A DNA stretch of 64,000 bases from Candidatus Enterocola sp. (GTDB lineage Bacteria; Bacteroidota; Bacteroidia; Bacteroidales; Paludibacteraceae). The position numbers and the translations under genes are program-made. Under the pieces are notes generated by a model, which made no database searches, had not been told where the DNA came from, and worked only from the letters and a program-made list of their open reading frames with translations. Each line of letters begins with the position of its first letter. Within the stretch, counting starts at the first letter, position 1. The stretch spans positions 5,815 through 69,814 of the forward strand of contig JAZUKL010000066.1 of NCBI GenBank assembly GCA_045643245.1. The letters run 5' to 3'. Below are positions 53,984 to 64,000 of this stretch, one piece after another.

Positions 53984-54051
53984 AGGGACAGGGGACAAGG
54001 AAAAAGGGTCAAGAATAAACCTTGTCCCCTTACCCTTGTCCCTTGACCCTT
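53984..54051 (+). repeat. GC-rich word repeats forming crossing (pseudoknot-compatible) helices in the 5' leader
   Basis: GGGGACAAGG (53991-54000) pairs with CCTTGTCCCC (54020-54029). GGGTCAAG (54006-54013) pairs with CTTGACCC (54042-54049). An alternative partner CCCTTGTCCC lies at 54033-54042. Confidence 0.55.
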
Positions 54052-54058
54052 TATAATT

Positions 54059-54733
54059 ATGAAGAACATTGTAACATTTATAAACGACCTTGCCGATAAC
54101 AATAATAAGGCTTGGTTTGACGCTAACCGTAACCGTTGGAATGAGGTTAAGGCGGAATGGGCTGAATTTACTGAAAGGCTTATTATAGGGGTTTCAAAAA
54201 TAGACCCTCTTGTTAGTGGCTTAAGAGTACAGGATTGTACATATAGAATAAACAGGGATATACGCTTCTCTAATGATAAACGCCCTTACAAATCCCATAT
54301 AGGTGCATACGTATGCCCCAACGGCAAAAAATCAGGATTTGCAGGATACTATTTTCATATTGAATCACATTTATGTGATTATATCGGCCGTAATATGATA
54401 GCGGCAGGGGCATACATGTTGCCACCAAAAGAACTTGAAAGTGTAAGAGAAGAGATTTATGACAATCCTGAAGCGTTTTTATCGGCACTTAATAAAGCGG
54501 AAGGCTTTGACCTTAATGACAATGCCCAGCTTACCAAATGTCCAAAAGGGTTTCCAAAAGATTTCAAATACGCTGATTTACTTAAATACAAGTCCTATTC
54601 AATAGGAAAGGACACCCCTTGGGATGTCCTCTATTCTGACGGCTTGTTTGATTGGGTTATGGAGAACTTTACAAACTGTGTTGAAATAAACACTCTTCTT
54701 AACCGTGCCATTGCTTACGCAAGGGAAAATTAG
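54059..54733 (+). CDS. DUF2461 (TIGR02453) family protein
   Basis: [21 protein letters not shown] and [16 protein letters not shown] are typical of the family. Confidence 0.8.
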   Translation: MKNIVTFINDLADNNNKAWFDANRNRWNEVKAEWAEFTERLIIGVSKIDPLVSGLRVQDCTYRINRDIRFSNDKRPYKSHIGAYVCPNGKKSGFAGYYFHIESHLCDYIGRNMIAAGAYMLPPKELESVREEIYDNPEAFLSALNKAEGFDLNDNAQLTKCPKGFPKDFKYADLLKYKSYSIGKDTPWDVLYSDGLFDWVMENFTNCVEINTLLNRAIAYAREN

Positions 54734-56787
54734 CAGACCTTTACACCGTTATGTACATTTGCTGACGGTGATATCACTACAAGTCTGCCGTCTGCATCTT
54801 GGGCAGAGAGTATCATGCCCTGACTTTCAACCCCTTTAAGTTTACGAGGTGCAAAATTTGCAACAAAGCAAACCTGTTTGCCTACCAAATCTTCCGGATT
54901 ATAGTATGCTGCAATGCCTGATACAATGGTACGGCAGCCCATACCGTCATCTATCTTGAATTGGAGCAACTTGTCTGCCTTTGGTACTCTGGAGCATTCA
55001 AGTACAGTGCCTACACGCACATCAAGTTTTTCAAAATCTTCAAAAGGTATGTTTTCTGCAACCTGTGCAGGTTTGAAATTCTTTAGTTCCTCCAAACGCT
55101 TTGCCTCCTCATTCTTTTTCTTGATTTCCTCTAATCTGTTTATTTGAGCCTCAATAGGAGCATCTTCAATCTTTTCAAACAAAAGTTCAGGCTTGTTTAT
55201 TGAAGCACCTGTGGCAAGCAAATCAAGACTGCCAAGTTTATTCCATGACCACTCCTTAAGATTTATCATTTCACGCAGTTTCCTGCTGCTGAACGGCAGG
55301 AACGGCTCAAACGCAATGGCAAGATTGGCAGTAATCTGCAATGCAAGGTTAAGAATGGTGGCAACTCTGCCCATATCCTCTTTTGCAACCTTCCAAGGTT
55401 CAGTGTCAGCAAGGTATTTGTTGCCTATGCGGGCAAGATTCATTGCCTCTTTTTGTGCATCGCGGAACTTGAAGTTATCAAGCAGTTTTTCAACTTCAGC
55501 CTTAACATCAGCAAACTCCTTAAGTGTAGCCTTGTCATAGTCTGTCAGTTCACCCGATGCAGGAACCTTACCGTCAAAGAACTTGTGTGTAAGCACAAGA
55601 GTACGGTTTACAAAGTTACCATATATGGCAACAAGTTCATTATTATTGCGGGCTTGAAAATCACGCCAGGTAAAGTCATTATCCTTAGTTTCAGGAGCGT
55701 TGGCGGTAAGAACATAACGTAGCACGTCCTGTTTGCCAGGAAAATCAGCCAAATATTCATGAAGCCATACAGCCCAATTCCTTGATGTTGAAATTTTGTC
55801 TCCTTCAAGGTTCAGAAACTCATTTGAAGGCACATTGTCAGGCAAAATGAATGAACCTTCAGCCTTCAACATAGCAGGAAAGACTATACAGTGGAAAACA
55901 ATGTTATCCTTACCAATAAAGTGGACAAGACGTGTTTCAGGGTCTTTCCACCACTTCTCCCAATCATTAGGCAATAACTCCTTAGTGTTTGATATATAGC
56001 CTATCGGTGCGTCAAACCAAACATAAAGAACCTTGCCCTTTGCATTATCTATAGGAAGTGGAATACCCCAATCCAAATCACGGCTTACTGCACGTGGTTG
56101 AAGATGCATATCAAGCCAACTCTTGCATTGCCCATATACATTTGGTCTCCACTCCTTATGGTCCTCAAGAATCCACTTTCGTAGCCACTCTTCATGCTTG
56201 TCAAGAGGAAGATACCAATGCTTTGTCATTCTCTTTACAGGCTTACTGCCACTGATTGTTGATTTTGGATTTATAAGTTCATCAGGCGACAAGGCGGTAC
56301 CGCACTTTTCACATTGGTCTCCGTATGCACCCTGCTCATGGCAATGAGGGCATTCACCTGTAATGTACCTATCAGCAAGAAAAACTCCTGCCTCCTCATC
56401 AAAGTACTGCTCGCTCTCTTTAGTTATGAACCCGTCCTTGTCATAAATGGTCTTGAAAAAGTCAGATGCCACTTGGGTATGAGTGTCAGATGTTGTACGT
56501 GAATATATGTCAAACGATATGCCAAACTCCTCAAAAGACTTTTTTATAAGATTATGGTATCTGTCTACAATATCTTGCGGCGATACTCCCTCTCTGCGTG
56601 CCTTAATTGTAATAGGCACACCATGTTCATCTGAACCGCCTATGAAGATTACATCTTCACCTTTTAGCCTTAAATAACGAGCATAGATGTCAGCAGGTAC
56701 ATATACTCCTGCCAAATGTCCTATGTGAACAGGACCATTTGCGTATGGTAGCGCTGATGTAATGGTAGTACGTTTATAATTCTGCAT
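54730..56787 (-). CDS. metG: methionine--tRNA ligase
   Basis: It has HIGH (PVHIGHLAG), the zinc knuckle CPHC...CEKC, KISTSR (the KMSKS equivalent) and a C-terminal tRNA-binding domain. Confidence 0.96.
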   Translation of the reverse strand: MQNYKRTTITSALPYANGPVHIGHLAGVYVPADIYARYLRLKGEDVIFIGGSDEHGVPITIKARREGVSPQDIVDRYHNLIKKSFEEFGISFDIYSRTTSDTHTQVASDFFKTIYDKDGFITKESEQYFDEEAGVFLADRYITGECPHCHEQGAYGDQCEKCGTALSPDELINPKSTISGSKPVKRMTKHWYLPLDKHEEWLRKWILEDHKEWRPNVYGQCKSWLDMHLQPRAVSRDLDWGIPLPIDNAKGKVLYVWFDAPIGYISNTKELLPNDWEKWWKDPETRLVHFIGKDNIVFHCIVFPAMLKAEGSFILPDNVPSNEFLNLEGDKISTSRNWAVWLHEYLADFPGKQDVLRYVLTANAPETKDNDFTWRDFQARNNNELVAIYGNFVNRTLVLTHKFFDGKVPASGELTDYDKATLKEFADVKAEVEKLLDNFKFRDAQKEAMNLARIGNKYLADTEPWKVAKEDMGRVATILNLALQITANLAIAFEPFLPFSSRKLREMINLKEWSWNKLGSLDLLATGASINKPELLFEKIEDAPIEAQINRLEEIKKKNEEAKRLEELKNFKPAQVAENIPFEDFEKLDVRVGTVLECSRVPKADKLLQFKIDDGMGCRTIVSGIAAYYNPEDLVGKQVCFVANFAPRKLKGVESQGMILSAQDADGRLVVISPSANVHNGVKVC

Positions 56788-56803
56788 ATTATGTAAACAA
56801 TAT

Positions 56804-57640
56804 TTATTTTTTAACTTTTAACTTTTCACTTCTCATCGCCCTAATAATAATCCAAATACCGAATATTATGAACGGAATACTTAGTAACTGTCCCATATTC
56901 AATACCATACCAGCCTCAAAATCAGACTGGTCATTCTTTATGAACTCTATAAAGAATCTTGCAATGAACGTCCATGCAAAACCTATACCTGCCAACAATC
57001 CTTCATGTTTACGGGCATCAGTCTTCCAATATAGCCAAAGTAGGAAGAAAAACATAAGAAAGTATGCTCCAGCCTCATAAAGTTGCGTAGGATGGCATTC
57101 AGGAATTGATTCAATAGGTATTCCAGGATAATCCCTCACAAACTTGAAAGCCCACGGAACGGTGGTCTCACAACCATAAATTTCAGAGTTCATAAGATTT
57201 CCTATTCTTATTATACCCGCAACAGGAGCGCATATTACGTACATTCTGTCTGCAAGCCAAAAGAAACTCTTATGACACATATATTTAGCCATAAGCCATA
57301 CACACAGGATTATGGCTATTGCACCGCCGTGGCTTGCCAATCCGCCACGCCATACCATAGGAATCTCACTTAAATGGTCTTTATAGTATGCCCAATCATA
57401 AAAAAACACATGACCTAACCTTGAACCTACTATTACGGCTATTACCATGTAAATGAAAACCTTGTCAGCCCATTCATCAGGACAGCCTTCACTCTTGAAC
57501 ATCTTGCCAAGCAGCCATATTGCAAAAAGGAATCCTGTAGCATACAACAGACCATACCAACGCACCTCAACAGGACCTATTGAAAAAGCCACAGGGTCAA
57601 CATTCCATATTACTGACAACAAATCCATAATATAACGCAT
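56804..57640 (-). CDS. lgt: prolipoprotein diacylglyceryl transferase
   Basis: It has [20 protein letters not shown] and HPTQLYE, all conserved Lgt motifs. Confidence 0.92.
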   Translation of the reverse strand: MRYIMDLLSVIWNVDPVAFSIGPVEVRWYGLLYATGFLFAIWLLGKMFKSEGCPDEWADKVFIYMVIAVIVGSRLGHVFFYDWAYYKDHLSEIPMVWRGGLASHGGAIAIILCVWLMAKYMCHKSFFWLADRMYVICAPVAGIIRIGNLMNSEIYGCETTVPWAFKFVRDYPGIPIESIPECHPTQLYEAGAYFLMFFFLLWLYWKTDARKHEGLLAGIGFAWTFIARFFIEFIKNDQSDFEAGMVLNMGQLLSIPFIIFGIWIIIRAMRSEKLKVKK

Positions 57641-57668
57641 TTTTCAGGTTGCAAATGTACAAAAAAAA

Positions 57669-58358
57669 TCAATGTCCTGCAATTGCAAAAGCGACACAAT
57701 TAACCTTGACACCTTCAATCTTTAGCAATTCCCTTACACAAGCCTCAAGAGTGGCACCTGTTGTAATGACATCATCAACAAGCATAACCCTGCAACCTTT
57801 CAATTTCTCTGTATTTGCCAAAGAGAACAAATCAAGGGAATTTTGGTATCTCTCATTTATATTTTTTTTGGTTTGAGTGGTATTCTCATGTGTTCTGACA
57901 AGAGATGATGTGTCAATGGGAATACATAGGACAGAACTTATGCCTTGAGCCAAAACCTCTGCCTGATTATACCTCCTTTTTTTAAGTTTAGAGGGGTGCA
58001 GAGGAACCGGAACTATATAATCAACACTAGCAACCTCACTGCCTTTTATCTCCTCACCTAATAGTTTGCCCATTTCAAAACCAAGGGATTTATAGCCTTT
58101 ATATTTCAAATTGTGCAACATTCTTTGTGCAATGCCGCCCTTGTGAAAATAGCAATATGCGGTGGCGTATTCAACGGGAACCTTGTTCCAGAATAGTTTT
58201 TCAGCATCGTTGTCAGGAATGTTATGAAAACCTGTACGGCTTAAATTGCATAGGCAGTTGGTGCAAATCTCATTTTCACCTTGTACCAAATAACCGCCAC
58301 AACCTCCGCAACTCTTTGGGTATAAGAGAGATATAAGTCCTTTAATGTATTTGTTCAT
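57669..58358 (-). CDS. comF: ComF-family phosphoribosyltransferase-like protein
   Basis: It has N-terminal Cys pairs (CGGCG...CTNC) and the C-terminal PRT loop VMLVDDVITTGATL. Confidence 0.85.
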   Translation of the reverse strand: MNKYIKGLISLLYPKSCGGCGGYLVQGENEICTNCLCNLSRTGFHNIPDNDAEKLFWNKVPVEYATAYCYFHKGGIAQRMLHNLKYKGYKSLGFEMGKLLGEEIKGSEVASVDYIVPVPLHPSKLKKRRYNQAEVLAQGISSVLCIPIDTSSLVRTHENTTQTKKNINERYQNSLDLFSLANTEKLKGCRVMLVDDVITTGATLEACVRELLKIEGVKVNCVAFAIAGH

Positions 58359-59082
58359 ACTTTACCTCCTTAAAAGCATATACTCTGTCAATACCCTTAT
58401 CATCAGTTATATGCAGATGCCCGTCTGCATCAACATTGGAAATTTCACCTAAGAAAGTGCCGTTGGTATCGGAGTAGGGGGATTGTACGCCAAATCTATA
58501 TAGAAAAGATATGTAACGTTTATGAAGTTCACTCCTATTCTGCTCTCCCATAGCGTAAAACTCATTAAACAAGCCCAAAATTCTTTTCAATATAGGTTCT
58601 ATATCATATTCTTTATGCGTAATGGCACTGAGTGATATGGGATTCAGGGCATCGCTCACAAAAGTTTTCTGATTAAGGTTAAGCCCTATGCCTATTACAC
58701 AATCAGCAATGTATGAGCCACTTACATTGTTTTCAATCAAAATGCCGGCTATTTTCTTGTCATTCCAATAGACATCATTAGGCCATTTAATGCTAATGCC
58801 TTCTGTTTCAGCTGATAATACATTTGATATGGCAAGCGATACGGCTTCCGATATAAAAAACTGCTCTGTTGCCTTAACCCTGTTAGGGTGCAACAATATT
58901 GAGCATAGCAGATTCTTTCCTCTCTCTGACTCCCATTTGTTACCTATCTGCCCGTAACCGCCACTTTGAAACGCTGTATATAAAGTATATCCGTCAGCGT
59001 ATTGTATGCCACTTGCAAGCCTGTCAAGTAACATTTTGTTAGTTGATACACATTCAGGCAAAAATTCAAAGGTGAAATCCAT
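58342..59082 (-). CDS. birA: biotin--[acetyl-CoA-carboxylase] ligase (group I, no HTH)
   Basis: It has GGYGQIGNKWES (GRGRxGR-like) and KWPNDVY. Confidence 0.88.
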   Translation of the reverse strand: MDFTFEFLPECVSTNKMLLDRLASGIQYADGYTLYTAFQSGGYGQIGNKWESERGKNLLCSILLHPNRVKATEQFFISEAVSLAISNVLSAETEGISIKWPNDVYWNDKKIAGILIENNVSGSYIADCVIGIGLNLNQKTFVSDALNPISLSAITHKEYDIEPILKRILGLFNEFYAMGEQNRSELHKRYISFLYRFGVQSPYSDTNGTFLGEISNVDADGHLHITDDKGIDRVYAFKEVKYEQIH

Positions 59083-59085
59083 ACG

Positions 59086-59853
59086 CTATTGGAACAGGAG
59101 TGTAAGGTTAATAAAGTCTGCAACGCTCAGTTGCTCAGGACGTTTGTTCCAAATGGCATCGGTTGTTGAAAAACCTTCGGACATCATTGGCTTTAGGGAG
59201 TTTCTCAAAGTCTTGCGTCTTTGATTAAATGCGGTTTTGACTACGGTTTTGAAAAGTTTTTCATTACAAGGCAACTCCTTTACGCCATTGCGTTTCATAA
59301 TAATGACCGCTGAGTCAACCTTTGGTGGCGGAGCAAACACCCCAGGCGGCACGGTAAAAAGATATTCTATATCATAATAGGCTTGAAGAAGCACACTCAG
59401 AATGCCGTAATCCTTATTTCCCGGACCCGATGCCAACCTTTTTGCAACCTCCTTCTGTATCATGCCTGACACAAACGGAATACGCTCCTTATTATCAAGT
59501 ACCTTAAAGAATATTTGGCTTGAAATGTTGTAAGGATAGTTTCCTATGAGTGCAAATTTTTCTCCGTTAAATACTTCCCCGATGTCAAATTTTAGGAAAT
59601 CATCAAAAATTATGCGGTCAGCAAGTTCTGTCTTGAAGTTCTGTTTCAGATAATCAACCGATTCCCCGTCTATCTCAATAACTTGCAGGTTCCTATCCTT
59701 CTTAAGCAGGAATTGGGTAAGCACTCCCATACCTGGACCAATCTCAAGCACATTACGCTCAGCGGACACATCTATTGTGTCCGCTATACGCTTTGCAACA
59801 TTTAAATCCGTAAGGAAATGCTGCCCTAAATATTTTTTAGCCTTAACCTGCAA
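59086..59853 (-). CDS. rsmA: 16S rRNA (adenine1518/1519-N6)-dimethyltransferase
   Basis: It has KKYLGQHFL, VLEIGPGMGVLT and GNYPYNISS. Confidence 0.95.
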   Translation of the reverse strand: MQVKAKKYLGQHFLTDLNVAKRIADTIDVSAERNVLEIGPGMGVLTQFLLKKDRNLQVIEIDGESVDYLKQNFKTELADRIIFDDFLKFDIGEVFNGEKFALIGNYPYNISSQIFFKVLDNKERIPFVSGMIQKEVAKRLASGPGNKDYGILSVLLQAYYDIEYLFTVPPGVFAPPPKVDSAVIIMKRNGVKELPCNEKLFKTVVKTAFNQRRKTLRNSLKPMMSEGFSTTDAIWNKRPEQLSVADFINLTLLFQ

Positions 59854-59866
59854 TATTGGAAATATA

Positions 59867-61111
59867 TTATCCTAAGAATGATATAAGAATTCCTGCCGCC
59901 ACCGCAGAACCAATTACACCTGCCACATTACTTGACATACAGTAGTTCAACACATGGTTCTTTGGGTCATACTTAAGTGCTATGTCATTAGCCACGCGTG
60001 ATGCCATAGGAACGGCACTCAAGCCAGTAGCTCCAACAAGCGGATTAATCTTCTTCTTAGTAAAGAGGTTCATTATCTTGACAAGCATAATGCCACCGAA
60101 TATTGAGAACCCGAATGCAAGAAATCCTCCTGCAACAATGCCAAGTGTGGTCCAGTTAAGGAATGCATCTACAGTCATGGTTGCACCTACTGACAGACCT
60201 AAGAATACTGTAGCGGCATTCATAATGCCGTTAGAGACAGTATCAAACAAACGGAATGTATTTGCACCAATCTCCTTCAAAAGATTACCGAACATAAGCA
60301 TTCCTACAAGAGCCACCGCATCGGGTACAATAATTGCAACAATAGTTGTAACCGCTATAGGGAATACAATTTTCAGAACCCTCATATTCTTAAACTCCAT
60401 TTTGTTAGGGTAGAGCTTATCCTGTTCCTTCATGTTAATCATAAGTTCCTTTTTAGAACAGGTGAGTTTAACCACTAAAGGAATTATTACAGGCACAAGA
60501 GCCATATAAGAGTATGCTGCAATGGCAATAGGTGCAAGTAGATGCGGAGCAAGTTTAAGAGTGGTGAAAATTGCCGTAGGACCGTCTGCACCACCTATGA
60601 TTGCAAGAGATGCAGCCTCTTTCATTGTAAAGAATTGTGATGCTACAAGCAGCACGGCAAATATACCGAATTGTGCGCCTGCACCAAAAATTGCAAGTTT
60701 CAGGTTGCGTAGCATAGGACCAAAGTCAGTCAACGCACCTACACCCATAAATATGATAGGCGGCAGCAGACCTGACTTAATCAGGGCATAGTAAATGTAA
60801 TTCATAAGCCCTAAATCATGAGCAATTTCAGGGAGTGTCATTGAATAAACATTCTTTGACACCTCAACTCCGTCTTTTACATAATGAACAAGACCTTCTC
60901 CGTCTGCACCAAGAACTCCCATTCCACCTCCGGGAAAGTTTGCAATAAGCACACCAAATGCAATAGGTACAAGCAGAAGAGGCTCAAACTCCTTCTTAAT
61001 GCCAAGATAAAGCAGTAAGAAAGCAAGGCAGTACATTATAAGGAATCGTGGGTCAGCAATAATATCGCTGAGAGCAGTCATTCCGTATATCTTTTCCCAA
61101 ATATTCTCCAT
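59867..61111 (-). CDS. oadB: Na+-translocating decarboxylase beta subunit
   Basis: This is a 414-aa polytopic protein whose conserved segments (IGGADGPT, SAVPMA-RV) match the OadB/GcdB family. Confidence 0.88.
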   Translation of the reverse strand: MENIWEKIYGMTALSDIIADPRFLIMYCLAFLLLYLGIKKEFEPLLLVPIAFGVLIANFPGGGMGVLGADGEGLVHYVKDGVEVSKNVYSMTLPEIAHDLGLMNYIYYALIKSGLLPPIIFMGVGALTDFGPMLRNLKLAIFGAGAQFGIFAVLLVASQFFTMKEAASLAIIGGADGPTAIFTTLKLAPHLLAPIAIAAYSYMALVPVIIPLVVKLTCSKKELMINMKEQDKLYPNKMEFKNMRVLKIVFPIAVTTIVAIIVPDAVALVGMLMFGNLLKEIGANTFRLFDTVSNGIMNAATVFLGLSVGATMTVDAFLNWTTLGIVAGGFLAFGFSIFGGIMLVKIMNLFTKKKINPLVGATGLSAVPMASRVANDIALKYDPKNHVLNYCMSSNVAGVIGSAVAAGILISFLG

Positions 61112-61116
61112 ACCGC

Positions 61117-62970
61117 TTATTCTTTAATTTTCATAAGTACATCGTCCTCCGATACAGAATCACCGCTTTTGAAGCAGATTTCCGTAATGACACCGTCACA
61201 CTCTGCGGCAATGGCGTTAAAGGTCTTCATAGCCTCTATGTAGCACACTGTCTGACCTTTCTTTACTGTATCTCCAACCTTTGCCGCTGTATCTCCGGCA
61301 GATTTTACAAGGTAGAATTTGCCTTCAAGAGGTGATTGCAGTTCCTTACCTTCACCAGGTGCGGCAGTTGATGTAGCCGTTGTGGCGGCGGCAGGTGTTG
61401 CAACACCGTCATTTGCACCAATTGTAACAGAATATTTCACTCCGTTTACATCAACGGTAACTGTTTGCGGAAGAGCTATGCCACCTTTTGCTCCTGCCTT
61501 TTCAGCTTTACGTTTTGCAAGGTCAGCCTCAAAATCAGCCTTTGCCTTACCTGACTTATATAGGCGGTATTGCTGTGGGTGCATTGCAAGTTCAAATAGT
61601 TCCTCATCATCCTCTCCCAAATCCCAGTTGTTCTCTGCCATCTCCTTGCGGAAGGTGTCAAGAGCATCGGGGTAATTTGATTGAGGGTCTTCATTGTGAA
61701 ATTCACGTCCTTCAGCCTTTGCCTTTTCAATAAGTTCAGGAGCAAGAGGACCAGGTAGGGCACCAGCCTTACCAAGCATCATATCCCATATATCGTCAGC
61801 AATCATAGACCAACGCTCCTTGCCTTTCTCCATCTGCATTACATTCATAAGAGCCATGTTCTTAACATATTGGCTAAACGGAGTTACCAAGCAAGGATAG
61901 CCCATCTTAGGCCAGATATAGGCAACCTCATTGAATAGTTTTATAAGCAGCTCATCCTGTGTCATGGCTGGTTTGTTATTCTTTGACTTATACTTGTTGA
62001 TGCTCTCAAGGTTGGTCTCAAGGTCTGTCATAAGTGAACCCATCATACCGCCAGGAAGTCCGGGGGCAATAAGCAGAGAGTTCATCAAACGGTTACGTGA
62101 AGGTATGTAATAACCAAGGAAGTCATCTATCATACCCTGAACAAGTGTTCTAACCTCCATGTAAGCCTCCATGTTTATTTCAGGAACGCTGAAACCGGCA
62201 TCTTTAAGCATTGCCTGAACGGCAAGCACATCAGCGTGTCCTGTACCCCAAGAGAGAGGTTCCATACCTACATCTATATAGTCGCAACCTGCCTTGCACA
62301 CTTCAAGAATTGAAGCCATGCTGAAACCAGGACCTGCATGAGAGTGGTATTGAATAGGAATATCAGGGTATTTAGCCTTTATTCCTGCAACAATGGCACC
62401 CAATGTTACAGGTCTGCCTATGCCAGCCATATCCTTCAAACAAATTTCATCAGCACCTGCCTCAATAAGTTTGAATGCCATGTTTGTATAGTATTCAACT
62501 GTATGTAGCGGAGAGAAGGTAATACAAAGGCTGCATTGTGAAATCATACCACCTGCCTTTGCATATCCTATTGAGGGAATTATGTTTCTAAGGTCATTAA
62601 GTCCGCAAAATGTACGGGTTATGTCAGTACCTTGCTTTTTCTTAACTACATAGAAAAGTTTTCTGACATCGCTTGGCACAGGGCTCATTCTAAGTCCGTT
62701 TAGTCCACGGTCAAGCATTTGGGTCTGAATGCCAGCCTCCTTGAAAGGTTTTGTCCATTCACGTACCGCTTTGTTAGGATTCTCACCAAATAGCAGATTA
62801 ACCTGTTCAAAACCACCACCGTTTGTTTCAACACGTGCAAAACATCCCATCTTGACAATTGCCGGGGCAACCTTTACAAGTTGGTCAACGCGTGGAACAT
62901 ACTTGCCTGCGGCTTGCCACATATCACGGAAAAGCAGGCAGAATTTTACTTCTTTCTTTTTGTTTGCCAT
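61117..62970 (-). CDS. oadA: oxaloacetate decarboxylase alpha subunit (carboxyltransferase plus biotinyl domain)
   Basis: It has a PYC_OADA-type TIM barrel (FRDMWQA, HSHAGPG), an Ala/Pro-rich linker, and a C-terminal biotinylation site IEAMKT. Confidence 0.88.
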   Translation of the reverse strand: MANKKKEVKFCLLFRDMWQAAGKYVPRVDQLVKVAPAIVKMGCFARVETNGGGFEQVNLLFGENPNKAVREWTKPFKEAGIQTQMLDRGLNGLRMSPVPSDVRKLFYVVKKKQGTDITRTFCGLNDLRNIIPSIGYAKAGGMISQCSLCITFSPLHTVEYYTNMAFKLIEAGADEICLKDMAGIGRPVTLGAIVAGIKAKYPDIPIQYHSHAGPGFSMASILEVCKAGCDYIDVGMEPLSWGTGHADVLAVQAMLKDAGFSVPEINMEAYMEVRTLVQGMIDDFLGYYIPSRNRLMNSLLIAPGLPGGMMGSLMTDLETNLESINKYKSKNNKPAMTQDELLIKLFNEVAYIWPKMGYPCLVTPFSQYVKNMALMNVMQMEKGKERWSMIADDIWDMMLGKAGALPGPLAPELIEKAKAEGREFHNEDPQSNYPDALDTFRKEMAENNWDLGEDDEELFELAMHPQQYRLYKSGKAKADFEADLAKRKAEKAGAKGGIALPQTVTVDVNGVKYSVTIGANDGVATPAAATTATSTAAPGEGKELQSPLEGKFYLVKSAGDTAAKVGDTVKKGQTVCYIEAMKTFNAIAAECDGVITEICFKSGDSVSEDDVLMKIKE

Positions 62971-62973
62971 ATC

Positions 62974-63222
62974 TTATTTTTTTTCAATTTTTTCTACTTT
63001 ACCTTTACCCCCTGTAATAATATTCACTGCCTGTGAAATTGCTTGTGCTATGTTTGCAGGTACTGCTGCAGTAGCGGTTGCCTGTGGCTTCTCTTCTGCA
63101 GGAGCAAACTTGTTAACTAACAGAATTAGTAGCTTGCCAAGTTCAATAACCAGAATAAGCACTACAAATACAGTTCCCATTCCAATTCCCATCAATTCTA
63201 AAGCGTAGATGAAGTTCTCCAT
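62974..63222 (-). CDS. oadG: decarboxylase gamma subunit (OadG-like)
   Basis: The start at MENFIYALELMGIGMGTVFVVLILV gives a single TM helix plus an Ala-rich tail, typical of OadG. The longer tracked ORF is read-through. Confidence 0.75.
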   Translation of the reverse strand: MENFIYALELMGIGMGTVFVVLILVIELGKLLILLVNKFAPAEEKPQATATAAVPANIAQAISQAVNIITGGKGKVEKIEKK

Positions 63223-63361
63223 ATTTTTATAATCTTTTTGGTCTATATTTCTTTTTTTTTGCATAAATTGTGTATATATGCAGTCTTTAAGCAAAAATTC
63301 TCCCAAAGTTATGAAAAAATTTTCACTTTTGAAAATGAATTTTCCCAAAAGTAATCAAATA

Positions 63362-64000
63362 TCAAGAAAGTTGATTCTTTACCGCCACAACAGAGCAGCT
63401 GTAGAGTGCCGCTGTCTCAACGCGTAACCGCATATTGCCAAGTGATATAGGAGTAAAACCATTTTTAATGGCTTCCGATACCTCTTCTTCGCTGAAATCG
63501 CCTTCAGGTCCAATCATAATAAGGTATTTGCCATTAGGTTGAACCGCTTTTGCAAGCATCTCTTTTTCTCCGCTATGGCAGTGACCTATGAATTTTTGCC
63601 CGTCAAACGCTGAGGCTCTTTTAATGAACTCTTTGAATGAGCAGGGCTCATTAAGTTTTGTAAGATATGGCTGCATTGACTGTTTCATAGCTGATACAAG
63701 AATCTTTTCAATGCGGTTATTTTTCAGCACCTTACGCTCTGAGAATGTGCAGAATATGGGAGAAATCTCATCAATGCCAATCTCAGCAGCCTTTTCTACA
63801 AACCATTCCAACCTGTCCATATTCTTAGTAGGTGCAATGGCAATATGAAGATGGTAGTTGCGGGTGCGTGGTGCATCAACTTTCTCCAAACTGTTAAGCA
63901 CGCAATGTTTTGGGTGTGCCACCGCAATTGTGGCGTGGTACATAGTGCCTTGACCGTCCATAACAAGCACACTGTCTCCTGCCTGAAGACGCAATACTTT
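63362..64000 (-). CDS. rsmE: 16S rRNA (uracil1498-N3)-methyltransferase, N-terminus outside window
   Basis: It has LRLQAGDSV, the SPOUT C-terminus IGPEGDFSEEEV and LGNMRLRVETA. The frame is open to the window edge. Confidence 0.88.
   Translation of the reverse strand, partial: KVLRLQAGDSVLVMDGQGTMYHATIAVAHPKHCVLNSLEKVDAPRTRNYHLHIAIAPTKNMDRLEWFVEKAAEIGIDEISPIFCTFSERKVLKNNRIEKILVSAMKQSMQPYLTKLNEPCSFKEFIKRASAFDGQKFIGHCHSGEKEMLAKAVQPNGKYLIMIGPEGDFSEEEVSEAIKNGFTPISLGNMRLRVETAALYSCSVVAVKNQLS

Noticed and set aside
1-64000. I looked for rRNA genes, CRISPR arrays, integrases, transposases and prophage genes.
   Set aside because: None were seen in any frame. The accessory patches lack recognisable mobility genes, so no mobile_element feature is called.

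Overview
This 64-kb chromosomal window looks like a Bacteroidales (Prevotella-like) genome. Supporting signs are TAnnTTTG -7 promoter boxes upstream of many genes, almost no Shine-Dalgarno sites, T9SS-sorted cargo proteins, a TonB-dependent receptor and a Na+-translocating oxaloacetate decarboxylase. I call about 60 protein genes, mostly housekeeping: ackA (partial), rpsT, aroB, asd, gpmI, rpmH, rluD, pyrE, argH, recO, lepB, dapB, tadA, tyrS, ribF, recJ, tsaC, ispD, recG, secA, metG, lgt, birA, rsmA, oadGAB and rsmE (partial). There are also 4 tRNA genes (Arg-CCU, Glu-UUC, Gln-UUG and an aberrant Met-CAU-like gene), a TPP riboswitch and several intrinsic terminators. Three visibly AT-rich accessory patches interrupt the core. 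(i) A defence island at about 6.1-11.8 kb carries a BcgI-like Type IIB restriction-modification pair (fused R-M subunit plus an S subunit frameshifted at a C6 tract), an uncharacterised PIN/GNAT-like/ASCH-like fusion gene overlapping a stand-alone ASCH gene (my best candidate for an undescribed system), and HicAB. (ii) At about 15.3-16.9 kb sits a translationally coupled DUF3791-DUF3990-DUF3791-lipoprotein cassette, bracketed by inverted copies of a promoter-bearing repeat. (iii) At about 53.2-54.0 kb there is an orphan XRE regulator with phased TTACA repeats. Other unexplained structure includes a 248-nt element closed by a 34-bp helix between rluD and pyrE, a dispersed promoter repeat with an indel carrying covarying hairpins, and word-like short tandem repeats in several leaders. 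I saw no rRNA, CRISPR array, integrase or transposase. All calls are by eye from the sequence and ORF translations; no searches were run.
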